A DNA stretch of 62,935 nucleotides, taken from positions 1-62,935 of the forward strand of contig MU271451.1 in the NCBI GenBank assembly GCA_021432655.1. The letters run 5' to 3'. The notes below the pieces were generated by a model. The model was given only the letters and a program-made list of their open reading frames with translations. It was not told where the DNA came from and made no database searches. The DNA comes from Atractiella rhizophila (Eukaryota). How positions within the stretch are numbered: the stretch's first letter is position 1; each line of letters opens with the position of its first letter. This document shows, in pieces, positions 47,866 to 60,732 of this stretch. Both the position numbers and the translations under genes were made by a program.

Positions 47866-49564
47866 TTACTTATTCGTTTCGTCGCGAGAAGTAGCGATGG
47901 TTGTGACCAGCTCCACAACCTTCTCAGCGGCGAATCGAGCGCCACCAGTCGTCTCACAGACCTCCTTCATTTTCGAAACTGACGACCCGAACTTGTTCTC
48001 CTTGTCTCGCATGACCACTTCCAGCGCCGTCACAAGTTCGCGTTCATTCACCAACGGTGCAGAGCTTCTATTGGCCCAGACACCTACTCCAGTGTACTCG
48101 ATCCTGACTTTGGCGGCTCTCAGTCATGTGCATGTCCGATTAGTGAAGGAGAAGGACCAACCTGCAGAATTGTAGCAATCCCACCATTGGGGGAGGGCAA
48201 CATGCTTTAATCCGTACTTCAACCCTTCAAGGTAGGAGTTAGCGCCTGTAGATCGCTCTAGGTTCAGTCGAGCTCAAAGTTATGAGAGAAGGGGCGGACC
48301 AGCGTGATGAACAAAGGTGGTCACTGCCGGATGGGAATAAATGGTTGGCATAGACTCTGCTATCCAATCTGTGACCCAAGCTTCCTTTCCTTTCCACTCG
48401 TCTTTGATTCCTCCTCCAATACCTGCCTCAGAGAAAGAAACAAACGCAAGGTCTCCGAAAGTCTCGTTGATGACGTCCAAAATAGATTGAAGGTTAGAGA
48501 GCTTCCATAACACTCTAGAACCAAAAGAGGAACAGATTTTCCTCGCTGCCCTTGCTATCGCCGCTACCTCTCCGGTAGCTCGCGGGAAGTGAACGCCGGT
48601 TCCAAGGCAAATGAGAATCACTTCTCTGCCCTCTTGTTCCGCCTCATCCAACCAAGAACTCAACAGTCGTTTATCATCTCTGGAAACTGAAGAGTCTCCA
48701 ATGATCATCGGTCCAACTTCCATGCCGTTCGTAGGGAGGCGCGAGAGGGGGAGATCGGCTTCGCGAAAGGAGGCACAGATGAAGAGTTCTGCGTCGAACG
48801 GAAAGCCATCAACGAGTGGAAGAGGGGTAGGGAGAGGTCCAGGAATGCCAGATGCTGCTCTTGCTTTTCGTAAAGCTGGAATGTGAGGCGAAGTAAAGAT
48901 GTAGTATGCCATGGTCAGGAAAGCGCGGATGTTGCAGAAAATGTTTGAAACAGGGAGCGGAAATGGCAATCCCGTCCATGGAACTGTTTTTGTGAAATTT
49001 AGTTATGAGAGTGCGATGGAAGGAGTACGAACGGGGGTACCGCCATAACCACTGTAGCCAAGGCTGATATGGGACTAGGAATACATCGCTCATGAACAGA
49101 GGGCTGAGCACAATGAACTTTTGTTTCTTTGTCCTACAAGCGTCGATACCGTAAATGGCGAGCTGATCACAGACAACCATGTCCGGCCTGAGATCTTCAA
49201 TCAAAGCCATAACCTCTTCTACCATCTGGACGTGACATTCCTTCTGCCCTCCAATCATTCCACAGACTTCCCGGTACCACCATGTATCCCTGGTTGTGGG
49301 TCCATGGCGGAACCAGGCAAACGAATCCTCGTTTGGCGGTGGAATATGACGATCGCTCAACGGATGAAAGTGAACATGCTTAGCGGAAAAGAGAGCTGCA
49401 ACACGCCTCTGGAATTTTCCGTTCTCAGGGTCCGCCGCGAGATGGACGGAAAGTGAAGAGCCCGAGGACTGGGACAGATGGAGGAGCTCATTGACAAGTG
49501 CAAGCTGAACGTTTGATTGACCGGCATCAGGTTGCGTGACGAGGAGAATAGTAAGATTTGGCAT
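47866..49564 (-). CDS. Family 1 UDP-glycosyltransferase, 4 exons
   Basis: N-terminal TQPDAGQSNVQLAL, RPDMVVCD, ILICLGT, RVLWKL, and the UGT signature WVTDWI...HPAVTTFVHHAG|ANSYLEGLKYGLKHVALPQWWDCY. Tail GGARFAAEKV. Confidence 0.92.
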
Positions 49565-51089
49565 CCTGTAATAACGCAGGAGAATACTTTGCCTTTGACC
49601 TGAGACTATATGGCCGGTAGAATTCTGGCTGATTCCAGAATGTTAAACGCGCATCGCTGTAGCGAAATGGCGTCGGTGGACTCTGCGGTCACTGAACGGC
49701 TGCATCCGGTGGAGACCGCGCAAGATATTACCGAAGTTCAGCAATAGATGGACAATGTTTTGTCTCTCCTAGCCTCCTGCGTTTTACAATGATTGATTTG
49801 CGATTCGCGAAAATGGTTCTACATATCTTTTTCCCGCCGTGTCAACAGCGAAAAGGAGGAAAGAATGAAGACGAGTGTCTTTGTCTAATGACTCTTAAAA
49901 TACTTTATTCTCAAATGCTGGAATAGATCTATAATTTTTAGTGGACACTGAGGCGCTGAGAACTTCGCACTATTCCTCGCATGAAAAGTATCAGAGGTGG
50001 CTACACATGCTTCAAACAATTGTGAAAGGTCAGAACTCTCTCAAACGAGATTTTGTGATTCCGTCAATTATTCAAAGATGAGACGAGTCAGAATTCTGCG
50101 CAAAAGTGAGAAAATTTGGAAAAGAACAACCCGACAGAGATTGTGTTCTGCTTCGCTCGTTGCCTATTTTTTGATATGAGCCTATTATTTTATAAAGGAA
50201 GAAGAGCCTAAACTATTTGCATAGTCCGAACTGGAGAAGGAATGTGAGAGGACAAGATTCGTTGATGGTATTTCCCTTGTAACGCTCAAGGGGTAGAGAG
50301 AAAAAATCAACGCTGGTTTCTGCGGAGTAAAACAAAAGAACATTACAGGCAAGACAGCCTGTATTCGAATATCTATAGCGTGGGGCATCCAGGGGTGCCC
50401 CATGATCTGCGTCCAACCTCTGTCCAAACACCCTATAGAGCGAGTCAGGTGGTCCATAACAATGGCATCCATCCATACGTTTAATGCATGTCCTGCTCGG
50501 CAAACTGGGGTGTATCGTGGCTTTCAAAGCTCTTTGGTGCTTAGAAGTGCACTGCTTTGGGTCTGCAGAAATGATACCATGGAAGCATGAGGCTTGTGAA
50601 TGTCAACCATGTCCCGCCAAAGAATCCAGAGGGTTAGCTAGGATATTTATTCTCCTGTGCCGAATAGGTTATATAGGTGCCTTTGGAATGCCTGAAGTGA
50701 ACAGCATAAAATTGAATGGTGTTAGATTAGCAGTTGCAAAATGGGAATAATTCTTGGAATAGGGTATTCCCTCATTCTTTTGCTGGGGAGGTTGAAAGAC
50801 TCACCAAAACCGACCACCATTTCGAATTCACGGGATTGCAATCGCACCAATTCCTTTCCAGTGACCAAGCTCTCTATCCAAACTAATCTCCGTCCATCCG
50901 AATCCCTTTCTGCTTACTTGCATAAGGGTAATTGCATTCCCAACCGCCCTGACTATACACTTTCCACTAAACTAAAGGGAGAGGATTACCCACTCGCCAA
51001 TCCTTCCTCAGTCTTTCCCTTGCTGCTCAGTCCCAAGTGGTCGCGTAGCCACAGAAGAAGCGTCCTAAGGTACAGGCGAGATTACTATT

Positions 51090-52432
51090 ATGGGTAGCAA
51101 CGTTCCCCTCGACGCCTCCCATTACATCGAGCCAGACTTTCGCCACCTACCACTCGAGATCGAGAATCTGCTTAAATTCGACATTGGCATTAAATTTGAT
51201 GCTGGTGCGTGTATTTCTTATATTGTCAATGGGCTCTCTTCTAGTTCGCTATGTCTCGACCTCTTGTTACACTTATATCGTGGAACGACAGCGGAGCGTC
51301 AAAGCTGAAGCCTGAGACTACAATAGTCTGTAGAAGCAGTAACTATGTTGCCAAATCCAAGATTTCTAGGCTATTGGAGAGCCGGAATGAGCTCTGTCAT
51401 ATGCTCGATCAATTTGCTTTCAATCTGCCCAAGGTCAACCACCACCATCCAAATATGTGATTCTTCCTCCACCAAAGCAGTATAACACAACAGAACTTTC
51501 CACGTTTGGAGTTTTGGTACGAGCTATAACTGACGTATAATATACAGACGAACAGATCTGCTCTGATTACCTCTCGTCCGGCCAATGTCCTCGTGGCTCC
51601 GCCTGTCCCAAACGACACATACTCGCTCCCTCACCTCTCAACTTCACCCCACCGCCTCCAGTTAACCCTTCTGCACACGCCCGCACGGTATGTAAGCACT
51701 GGCTGCGCGGTTTGTGCAAAAAAGGAGCCACCTGCGAGTTCTTGCACGAATACAATTTGAGGAAGATGCCAGAGTGCTGGTTCTTCGCCAAATATGGATA
51801 CTGTAGCAACGGCGACGAGTGCATGTATTTGCATGTCGATGAGCAGATGAGGAGGAGCGAGTGTCCAAAATACCGCCTTGGGTTCTGCTCAGATGGTACG
51901 TTGCCTTCCACTTTCAGTTACTTTAGCAATCGACTAATGGTTTTTTCCTTTATTCACGAACAGGTCCAACGTGTCCACTCAAACACGTTCGCCGCCCACT
52001 TTGCCCAGGATATCTCACCGGATTCTGTCCACAAGGTCCTAACTGCCCCATGGGCCATCCAAAAGCGAATCTCGAGCCTCCACCGCCGTTCCGCGCCGGA
52101 ATGTTTGGTCTGTCAGCTCCTCAAGGGTATGACGGTACGAATCGCGGCCTCGGACATTCAGGCAACGAAGGGTTCGGAGGGGGTGGAGGAGGAGGAGGAG
52201 GAGGAGATGGACAGCCAAAGAGGAGGTTGAGGAATACAGACGACGTTACTTGTTTCAAGGTGCGATTCGAACCTCTTCACTTCATTGGAGGGTAATGCAA
52301 GTGCTGATTGAAATTTTGTGTGTCTAGTGCGGCCAGAAGGGTCATTTCGCCAACAACTGTCCTAACCCTTCGATACCAGGTAAGAGGGGAGGTGTCGAGA
52401 GGGGTCCGGGAGGCAGGATCGTCAATGCCTGA
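51090..52432 (+). CDS. YTH1: mRNA 3'-end processing factor Yth1/CPSF30 (CCCH fingers plus C-terminal CCHC knuckle), 4 exons
   Basis: TVCKHWLRGLCKKGATCEFLHEYNLRKMPECWFFAKYGYCSNGDECMYLH, ECPKYRLGFC, CPGYLTGFCPQGPNCPMGHPK and VTCFK|CGQKGHFANNC. Stop at 52430-52432. Confidence 0.96.
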
Positions 52433-52936
52433 ATATGGACCACTCCGATACCCGGATCGAAACCTACAGATCTCTGTCACCAATTCGACCCCTAAACTCC
52501 AACATAATACGTCGACTCCTGTGCTCGCTCGGAGATGTTGGGGTACCTGACTGCTCAACAGTTTCCGAGAGGGGTTGCTCGTCCTTCCGCTCTTTCTCCT
52601 ATTACAGGAAGACTGTGCAGGATATGGATAATTCGCTATTGCATGGTTGACAACGATCTGTCAGGAGAAATCAATATGTACATGGGGAAGGACGAGGCTA
52701 AAAGATGTCGCTTGTGTCTGGAGATATAGCCTGCCTATTTTTCGTGTACATTGCTATATCTGCAAGGCAGGCTCTTTGATAAAATCTGGTAAATGCTAAA
52801 CATGAACATTGCTATGAAAGGTTTTTTTATTGAGAGAGATTCTTTGTGAAATTTAAGGAGAAATACCAACAGAGAAAGGCACTCAGAGAAGACTCCAGAG
52901 CCAGAAGGCCCAAAAGTAGCAGAAGAAGAAAAAAGC

Positions 52937-55287
52937 CTAAACTTGCTGTACTGCCGGTTTCTTGCCTTTTCTTTTGTTTCTCGCCTTTCTCGGTCTTGAG
53001 CTATTCTGCGCTTGCTCCCCCGATAAAAAAGCGCTTGAAGATACGGAGCTCAACCCGATGATGGCAGAGGACGGACCAGGCGCAGTGATCATTTGAATAC
53101 CACGATGCTTTGAGTCTTCTCCTCGTTCCTGCATGCAGTGATTAGAAACTTGACGGGAAAGGTGCATTTCATTTCGTGGGGCTACTTTCTCCTCGCTAGA
53201 ATGCCATGTCGCGTCTTGCCCTTCTTGGGCTAGCCTGTCGAACAGATTATGAAGTTTTGTCTCGATCTTCATTTGCAGATCACCGCCGAAGTCCTGCGAA
53301 GATTCTTCGGCATTATCTTGAAGCCCTTTGAACCCTAATCCAACCTCCTCTTGCATCACTCGTCTCGCTTTGGGTGTCTCCTGATTTCCACTCGAGTAGC
53401 AAACGGTATCGTCTGCTACAGAGTCTCGTTCCATGGTCGGGGATTGAAATTTCATCGAAGTCGCGGGAGAGGTGACAGACGGACTGTCGTAGACATCCCG
53501 TGGTGATTCTCCATCGAATCTAAACTCCTCCGCGAAGAACGATACAGGGGATGGTCCAGCTGACATCTGCGAAGGAGACCCAGGCCGTACGTGGGGCACA
53601 TGTCTAGTCCCGACTGCCGACGATTGAGAGCTGTCGCTCATCTGCATTGTCTCCGAGGGTGGTTGGGGGACTTCAGAATTGTAAAAGGCTTCTCTCATCG
53701 CAGACTCATCTGCCGAGGATTGACCTGAAGCCAAGAGTTGTGACGCGTCCGGTCGATGTCTTCTAACCATGGAAGAGGCACCTTCTGTGCTAGTTGCCAT
53801 TCCGTCATTTACAGGGGCAGAATATCTCCTGCGTAGGAATATCTGGCTCCTCCTCGACGATTGTACCAATCTGAGCGGTAAAACGTCCTTCTGGCCTTCG
53901 AACATTACCCTTCTCATCGGTACCTTGGTCACTCTCTCCAGCGGTGTAAATCTCCCACCAGATTGCAACGCAGGAGTATTGTCTGTGGTAGGCGAGGTGA
54001 CGTCGCTGGGGATCCAGCTTCTTGAACCTTCGAATTCTGCCCAGTCCATCTCCTGCCCTGGAGCCTCAATCGCATCCTCGTTTCCCAGCCGTTCCTTTTC
54101 CAGAAGCTCTCGAAAACGCGCCTCCTCTAATTTCTTTGCGTTCCACTTCGCTATCGCAGAGCGCTTGCGATAATTCTTTTGGGACCTCCAAGCGGAGGAA
54201 AGTAAGTTCATGGCGCGCAAGAAGTAAGGATGAACCGGTTCCACCACGCGATTAATTCGCACTGCTGCCTGAGGACCAAAGGTACAAATGAGGATGTCCT
54301 TAAATGAAAGAGGAGGGACCGTCGTTGGTTCGAGAAAGGAGCTGAGCGCGTGCGCAGCGAGTATGAGGAAGGTAACCGCAGGAACAACAACGTTAATTTG
54401 ACTGTTTGGCCAGACTCAGTTTAACTTCTTCTGACACTTGACTTGGACTGATGAAGAAAGACATACAACCAGGAAAACACCCCCTCCTTCTTTCTCCATC
54501 CCCCTTCGAACAATATTTGGTCCGCTTTCCATACTCGTCGTATTGTCCCTTCTGAAGGTCCCCAAGAATCGGAATCCGACCCAGACTCTAGAGGTGAGGT
54601 TTCGCGAACTACGTCAGTGTGCATCTTAATGGTAATAAAGTGGCGAAAGCTGAGGGTCACGAAGCGGCCGCGTAGAGAGCTCGCCTTTACATAGTAAGCG
54701 TCGATCACGGGAACTCGAGCCGTGCACTTCATCCTGTTGCAACCAAGGAGTCAGCGCAAGTTGGGTGTTAGGATAGCTTATAAAAGGTGTGAAATACCTT
54801 GGGAGTGGACTTTTACTGAACGGATGCTTCACCATTTCCGTCTCAACCTCCAGCCTATCCTCGATATTGAGAACATGTTCCACAGCGCCTCTCTTTCCCA
54901 CCATAGCAGTCAGAAGGGCAAGAAACCACCTACAACAGTCAAGGTTAGGACCGGATGTCACGCAAAAAATAACACCAACCCAACCCAAACCTCCCTCCAC
55001 ACCTCCCATCCCATTTCCATAGCCATCCAATCGCTCTCCAGTCTCATTCCTTCGGCTGGGTCAATCCTCCTAAACCCTGCTCTGTCCTGCGTCCTAATTA
55101 GCGACATCTCTCGCTTATACTTCGATTCGACAACGAGGGAAGTGTGATAAATGTACTTGAGGAGGAAGTCTTGGACATCCTGCAAAGATGGTGGCATGAA
55201 GGCATCTGTCGGCTTTGCGGTGGGCTTTTGATTCTTGCGAGTTGGTAGAGTGACTTCCTTTTTAGAGGATCGAGAGGACGACATCAT
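52937..55287 (-). CDS. Hypothetical multi-exon protein with a long, probably disordered C-terminal exon
   Basis: 441-aa S/E/Q-rich ORF plus upstream ORFs (54958-55287, 54626-55030, 54421-54732) that can be joined by plausible GT-AG introns. No recognisable domain, and the gene model is tentative. Confidence 0.5.
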
Positions 55288-57763
55288 CGTTTCTTTTGCT
55301 CCAAGGAGTTGCTTCCCATCATTTCCGCTGGCAGTGTCTGAGACATCCCGCTAGTCTTTACGTAAACCCAAACTGAGCAAAGTTGTACCAAAACATAAAG
55401 TGAAGAGTGCAGGAGTGCAGCAAGAGAAACCTAGAGCGCTGGAGTACAGTAATCACGAAGCAACCCAAGGATGGGATCAAACACAGACATGAAATACAGA
55501 GTTGGTTTGGTAGTGTACAGGTTTGATGAGGATAAGCCTAGAAGATGGACAGAGGCATGAAGCGTTTACAGCGCGGTTGTTGCCCGTAAAAGCAAGATGG
55601 AGCTGTTGTCCATCATCATCCGCGAGTTGGTTCGAAGGTGTGAAGCCATTCAATCTCCAGTCGAAGACCTCGCGATGACAGAGTGAGATCCGTACTGAGT
55701 GTGATATATGACATCTTCAGTCATTGAGGGATATGGTCACCTTGACAGCAAGAGAACTAAAAGACTCTGAATAACGATATATGAAGCATGCGTCTTGATA
55801 AGTTACGTGGGCGATTGACAGATAGGTGATAACTAAATATCACCAGTGCTCAGTGATCGCGAGATTCTGAATCTTAAAATATGAAGAAGGACGTACTGGT
55901 GAGAAACAGATAGCTGAAATAATCAGAGTAGGAATGTTGAGAGTGCGGCATACTAAAAGGAGCGATACAAATCAAGGTTAAAGCTCGTGCATAGGTTCGA
56001 GAGAAGGGGGTAGACTCACCTGAAGTATGAAAGGAACAGATAATAGTGCAGTTTGTGCATGGGGTATTTATGAGCGGTTTGAAGTTTAGGGGCGACTGGA
56101 ACAGGCTATCCCACGCGATTTAACGGTTCGAAGCCCAGTACAAGAGAAAATTACACACCTAGAATTCAACAACACCTGCGACGTTCCACTTTGAGCTATT
56201 GGCTCCCAAGAATGTCTTCTGTATCTAGATCCCCATCTAGTTGATTCTTCCCAAGAAATTCGCGGATTGGAGGTATTGAGACTGATAGAATCGGGTATCA
56301 TGTGGAGTCTTATGTATCGTAGTTTGAGCAACCGTGACGCATACTCGAGAGACAAAGCAAAGTGACACTGAAGGAATATGGTAACGACGTAGAGAAATTG
56401 TTTTTGACTTTTTTTCGAATTTTCAAGCTTTTTTTGGGATTTTCGTGTTTTGTGGTTATTTGGGTGCAATGACTGGAGCAGCGTTACTGCTCCCTCGCCT
56501 TCACCCTCCTCTCTCCATCTTCTGCGTCTACGTCCTCTCTGTTTCTCTTCCCACACTTCGTCACCAGCTCCCCCGGTGCTGCCCAATAATTCTTCAACTC
56601 GTGACTTAGCTTCGATCGCTTCTCGACTCCCACAGACTCTTTCCCTCCTCCTTGCAATCCCTTCCCCGTCTTGGCGAGAAAAGCTGCAAAGTTCTTTGGG
56701 GGAATGTTCTTATCCTTCTCCAGCAACAAAATCCGTTTCTGAGCAATGTTTCTGGAGGGAGACAAGGTAGCCATGATGCTAATCTATCTTGAAGGCGGTT
56801 AGAGGCAAAATCTACAGCTGAAGGAAAGCTGTCTCGTCGTTGTCGGGGACAATTTTGGCGGACAGAGGTTGCGGTAGGTACGTACGTCACGACTTCTGCT
56901 TCCGCCTCGACCTTTCCGCTGTAAACATTTACCAGCTGCTGCTGCAGACCTTTATTAGTAACTTGAGAGGTCTCCGATTTATTTGTTTTTTATTCTAATA
57001 CGTTGTAAAACATATGATACACTTGTAGGATTGCGCAACAGATGCTTTAATAATCGTTCTTCCTCACTTCTCCCTTCTCAGCTCAAATGCCAGTGTGTGA
57101 AACAGAATGGAAACACTTACCTGAAAAGCAAACTTTTTACCGGTTTCCGGGGCTTCTTTCCTAATTCATTGAGCAGAGAGTCGGATGAGAGCAAAATATG
57201 ACAATTGTTCAAATGACTAACTTCCTTCAAGTTGCACTCCGCTAGATCCTTCAGAAAATGATCCGTCCTTACTAGTTACCCATGACGACGAGGAAGGGCT
57301 GGGAACTTGATGTTGGGTCATGAAGGCGATTGGGGAAAGGAATTGGGAATAGAAAGGGAGTGGAAGACTATAAGGGTTGTCCGGTATCGCAGGCACAATC
57401 TGAATGGTCGCGGACCAACGTTCGTGATAGAAAACATGAAATCAATTTCAGAAGTTCATATATAACGATTTCTGGAGAGGGATGGCTTACTACTTTACAG
57501 ACTGAAGAAGAAGGTGTGTGCCTGCCATTGCGATCATTCTGCTCGCACGAGGTGGCCAAACTGGACGGTTGGTGCATGCGCAGCGCGAGGAAGAAGATTG
57601 AATTCAACGAGATCGCAAGATAGAGGAAAGAAAAACTGTCACCGGCGTGCTCCACCCTCACTCTTCACATTCTCACATTTCTTGACAATAATGGTGGCGT
57701 AAAGCGCTGTCCAACACAGCTGAGGCTAGTGGTAAATGGAGGAAAGAAAGAACATACTCGGGA

Positions 57764-58584
57764 CTATTCCTTGGACCGTCTCTCCTTCCCTTTATACTCC
57801 GTCATCGGTTTCCCACTCCCAACCACTCCCACTCTTCCATACGGGTTATCAGGCGTCTTGAAAATGCTTTCGCCGGTCATGCCAGGAATTTCGATTCCTT
57901 TCTTAGCTGCCTTCTTGGTAAAGTTCTGCCAATTGGACTGCTTTGCGACTTGCTCCTTAGCTTTGTTAGCTCTAACCTCAAGCTTCTTCTCAGTCTTCTT
58001 CTTCTTCCTCTCCTTCTCCGCCTCTTCCTCCATGACTTGCAGTGCCCGCTTTTTCGACTCCGTCATAGGCTTGACGTCGTTGGAAGTCAGCAAAGATGCA
58101 GTTTGCTGGCCAGAAGAAGAAGAGCTCCCACCAGCTCCTCCAACCGTAGGAATGCTTTTGAAGACTACAGAGTAACTGGGGGCGTCTGCCGTGCCTCCGA
58201 CAGTCGTGATCTTTGCAGGAAGAAATTTGCCGCTGCTCGGATCGCGAGCCATACAATCCATACCCGCGGTGAACGTGACGGTAGTCTGTTCTGGTTTAGG
58301 ACGCGATGGACGGGGTTTAAGCGCAGAAGTGGAAGTGGAAGAAGTAGACGCGGTCGTTTGAGTGGCGGGGAGGCTGGAGAGGTATTGGGATGTAATATCG
58401 ACGAAGTTCATCAACTCTTTTTGTAAATTCGTGAGTTCTTCATTGTTGGGATCTTTGGAAAGGGCTTGATTGACCTATCCACCCAGCAAATGAGGGAGAA
58501 CCCAATCCAGGACGACAGAGAACGCACCTGAACCAACTGATACTTGTACTGCTCCAACTCTTTTGATAATTCCTTAGCATCCAT
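57764..58584 (-). CDS. SPF30: Tudor-domain splicing factor SPF30/SMNDC1, 2 exons
   Basis: MDAKELSKELEQYKYQLVQ|VNQALSKDPNNEELTNLQKEL, a Tudor-like FTAGMDCMARD..GKFLPAKITTVGG..YSVVFK, then KQSNWQNF and SIFKTPDNPYGRVGVVGSGKPMT. Confidence 0.93.
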
Positions 58585-59233
58585 ATCTAATCTTCTTGCG
58601 ACGCTCTCTGTTCTGACTGGCTAGAACTGACTACTGAGGTCTGATTGCGATGTCGTTTTGCTTGCTGGCTAGCTGTCCTGATACTCCAAGTAGGGCTAGG
58701 GTTGCGCCACTCATGCAGCACTAAGTGCGTTAGGAAAATAAATTAGGTGCATAATACTTAGGTGACAGTATCCTGTTTCCATACTTTACCTTGGCCGCGA
58801 TGGAGATATTGCCGGTACAAAAATTTGGTCGAGTTTAACATAGTCCATATTGATTACTTGTCATGTGGTAGAAGGAAGGAAAGAAGACTGGACAATGATG
58901 ACAGAGCTCTTTGTACCACAACCGAAGTGATAATACGACAGTAATCTCCAATAAAATACACATCCAAGCTTGAAGTCATCCAATCCGAAAGAGGAACAAA
59001 GGAAGCCAACGTATTGATGAACAACTCTTGATTAATCCACTGATAATATCGAGGAAAAGAATTCGTGCACCGAAGAACGCAAAGGAAGAAATGGATTCCG
59101 AGAGATTGTCCGAGAAAAGAAGTAGTTGACGAGCAGAAACGAGATCCAACAAGGCTGTTTATTTGGACATTTTATCGCATCCCTTCATGTCGGGAAACGA
59201 AGATTGAGAGTTACTGAATCTTTGAAGGAAGAA

Positions 59234-60702
59234 TTATCTTGTCTGCGAAGTCGAATTCTTCGGCGGTGTAGGGGTTTTGCTGTTGCTCCCGTTATTGTCC
59301 ACCGTCGTCGGCGACGGGTGAGAGGAATGTCGAGGGTCTTGATCCATCGGCGAATGACTTCCGAACTGTGTCCGCTCGAATGTCTGAGGAAGAGGTTCGT
59401 TTCCTCGCAGTCGCCGGACCTACCACCGAGCGTTCACCTCAGATTTCGGTCACTGTTCATGAAGGCGAAACACACATACCTCCGCCTCGTATTCCATCAG
59501 CTTCTCCCTGAGATGCGCATTCTCTCCGCCCAACCTGGTGACTTCCTCCCTCAAACTCTTGATTGGATCCGAATTCACATATCGTTCATATTCCTCCAAT
59601 TCCCGCACCCGCTGTTCCAAAAAGTCCAATTTGTCCTTCATCTCTCTAGCTCTCTCCTTCGTCCGGTCTCTAAAACGTTGGCTTGATTCTTTATTCTATG
59701 GAGGAACATGATCAGATTCATAATCATAAGAGACAGTCAGCATAAACGGACCCGTTTTCTTTTCTCTTCCTTGGCCAACAAATCTTGCATATCATCGCCC
59801 GAATACGAGCTGGAGAGATGTTGGCCGTATCCTGCCTGTGGTGGGGGAAGGACGGGTAGAGTGGTGGATGATGGGCCAGCCAAGATAGGATTGAAGCCTG
59901 CAGTGGTCGAATACTGAGATCCGACGTTTCCAAACGACGTCGGGGTCGAAGAAACGAGGGGAAGGGAGGGTATGTGAGGGGCCTGGGTGTGCGTAGGGGT
60001 TGGGAATCCGGCCGAGACAGGGGTATTTAGATAAGATCCGATGTGTACGCTTGCAGGGGACAGCGAGGTCGAGTTCGAGGTTGGAGAAGGCGAACCGGTC
60101 GCTGGTTCGATTGGAGGTGGGATGGGGGGTTGATATGCTCCTCCTCCAGCTCCTCCGCCTGTTTGGGAACCGCTGCCCGCCGAGAAGGACCTGTGCAGAG
60201 CTTCGGAGAAGTAACTAGGCTGAGGCGTGTGTCCTGCTGAGATTGAAGGGCGCGAAGCCGACGGCTGCGACGAGGAAGATGGCGCGGAGGGATACCAATT
60301 GGATCGTTCGAGTTGGAGGTTATGAGGATAAGGAGCGTAGCGATGCTGAGAAATAGGCACTGAGTTCCGCCGATATCCTGGCTGAGATCCAGATCCAGAA
60401 GAAGACTGAGAAGGGGGATGCACTGTCAGATGTTGTTCGTAGCTCGAACTCTGAGAGTGGTGGGGGTAAGAATATACTGAAGTCATTGTTTCGGAGGAGT
60501 ATTGAAATTGAAAAGGCGTTGATTCGGTGGGCAATTGAAGATTAGGTGGGTGTTGCGTTTGGGTAAAAGGTCGACTCTGCGGTATCGATGCAAGTGGGCT
60601 GAGATTCAGGTTTGCTATCTCGCCGTGTGAGACGTGTTGCAGGTTTTGACGCTGTAACCGTTGTTTCTGGGCCTCCTCTTCGTCTGAATCCCGATGTTGC
60701 AT
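59234..60702 (-). CDS. bZIP transcription factor, 3 exons
   Basis: Long S/P/Q-rich region, then the spliced basic region EEKRKR|NKESSQRFRDRTKERAREMKDKLDFLEQRVRELE and a second zipper LREEVTRLGGENAHLREKL. Predicted stop at 59234-59236. Confidence 0.88.
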
Positions 60703-60714
60703 GAATTATCGTCT

Positions 60715-60732
60715 CTATCTGTGGGAGACCAT
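60715..60732 (-). promoter_or_regulatory. Candidate uORF (MVSHR*) 12 nt upstream of the bZIP start codon
   Basis: The minus strand reads ATG GTC TCC CAC AGA TAG AGA CGA TAA TTC ATG(main). Whether it lies in the transcript is unknown. Confidence 0.45.
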
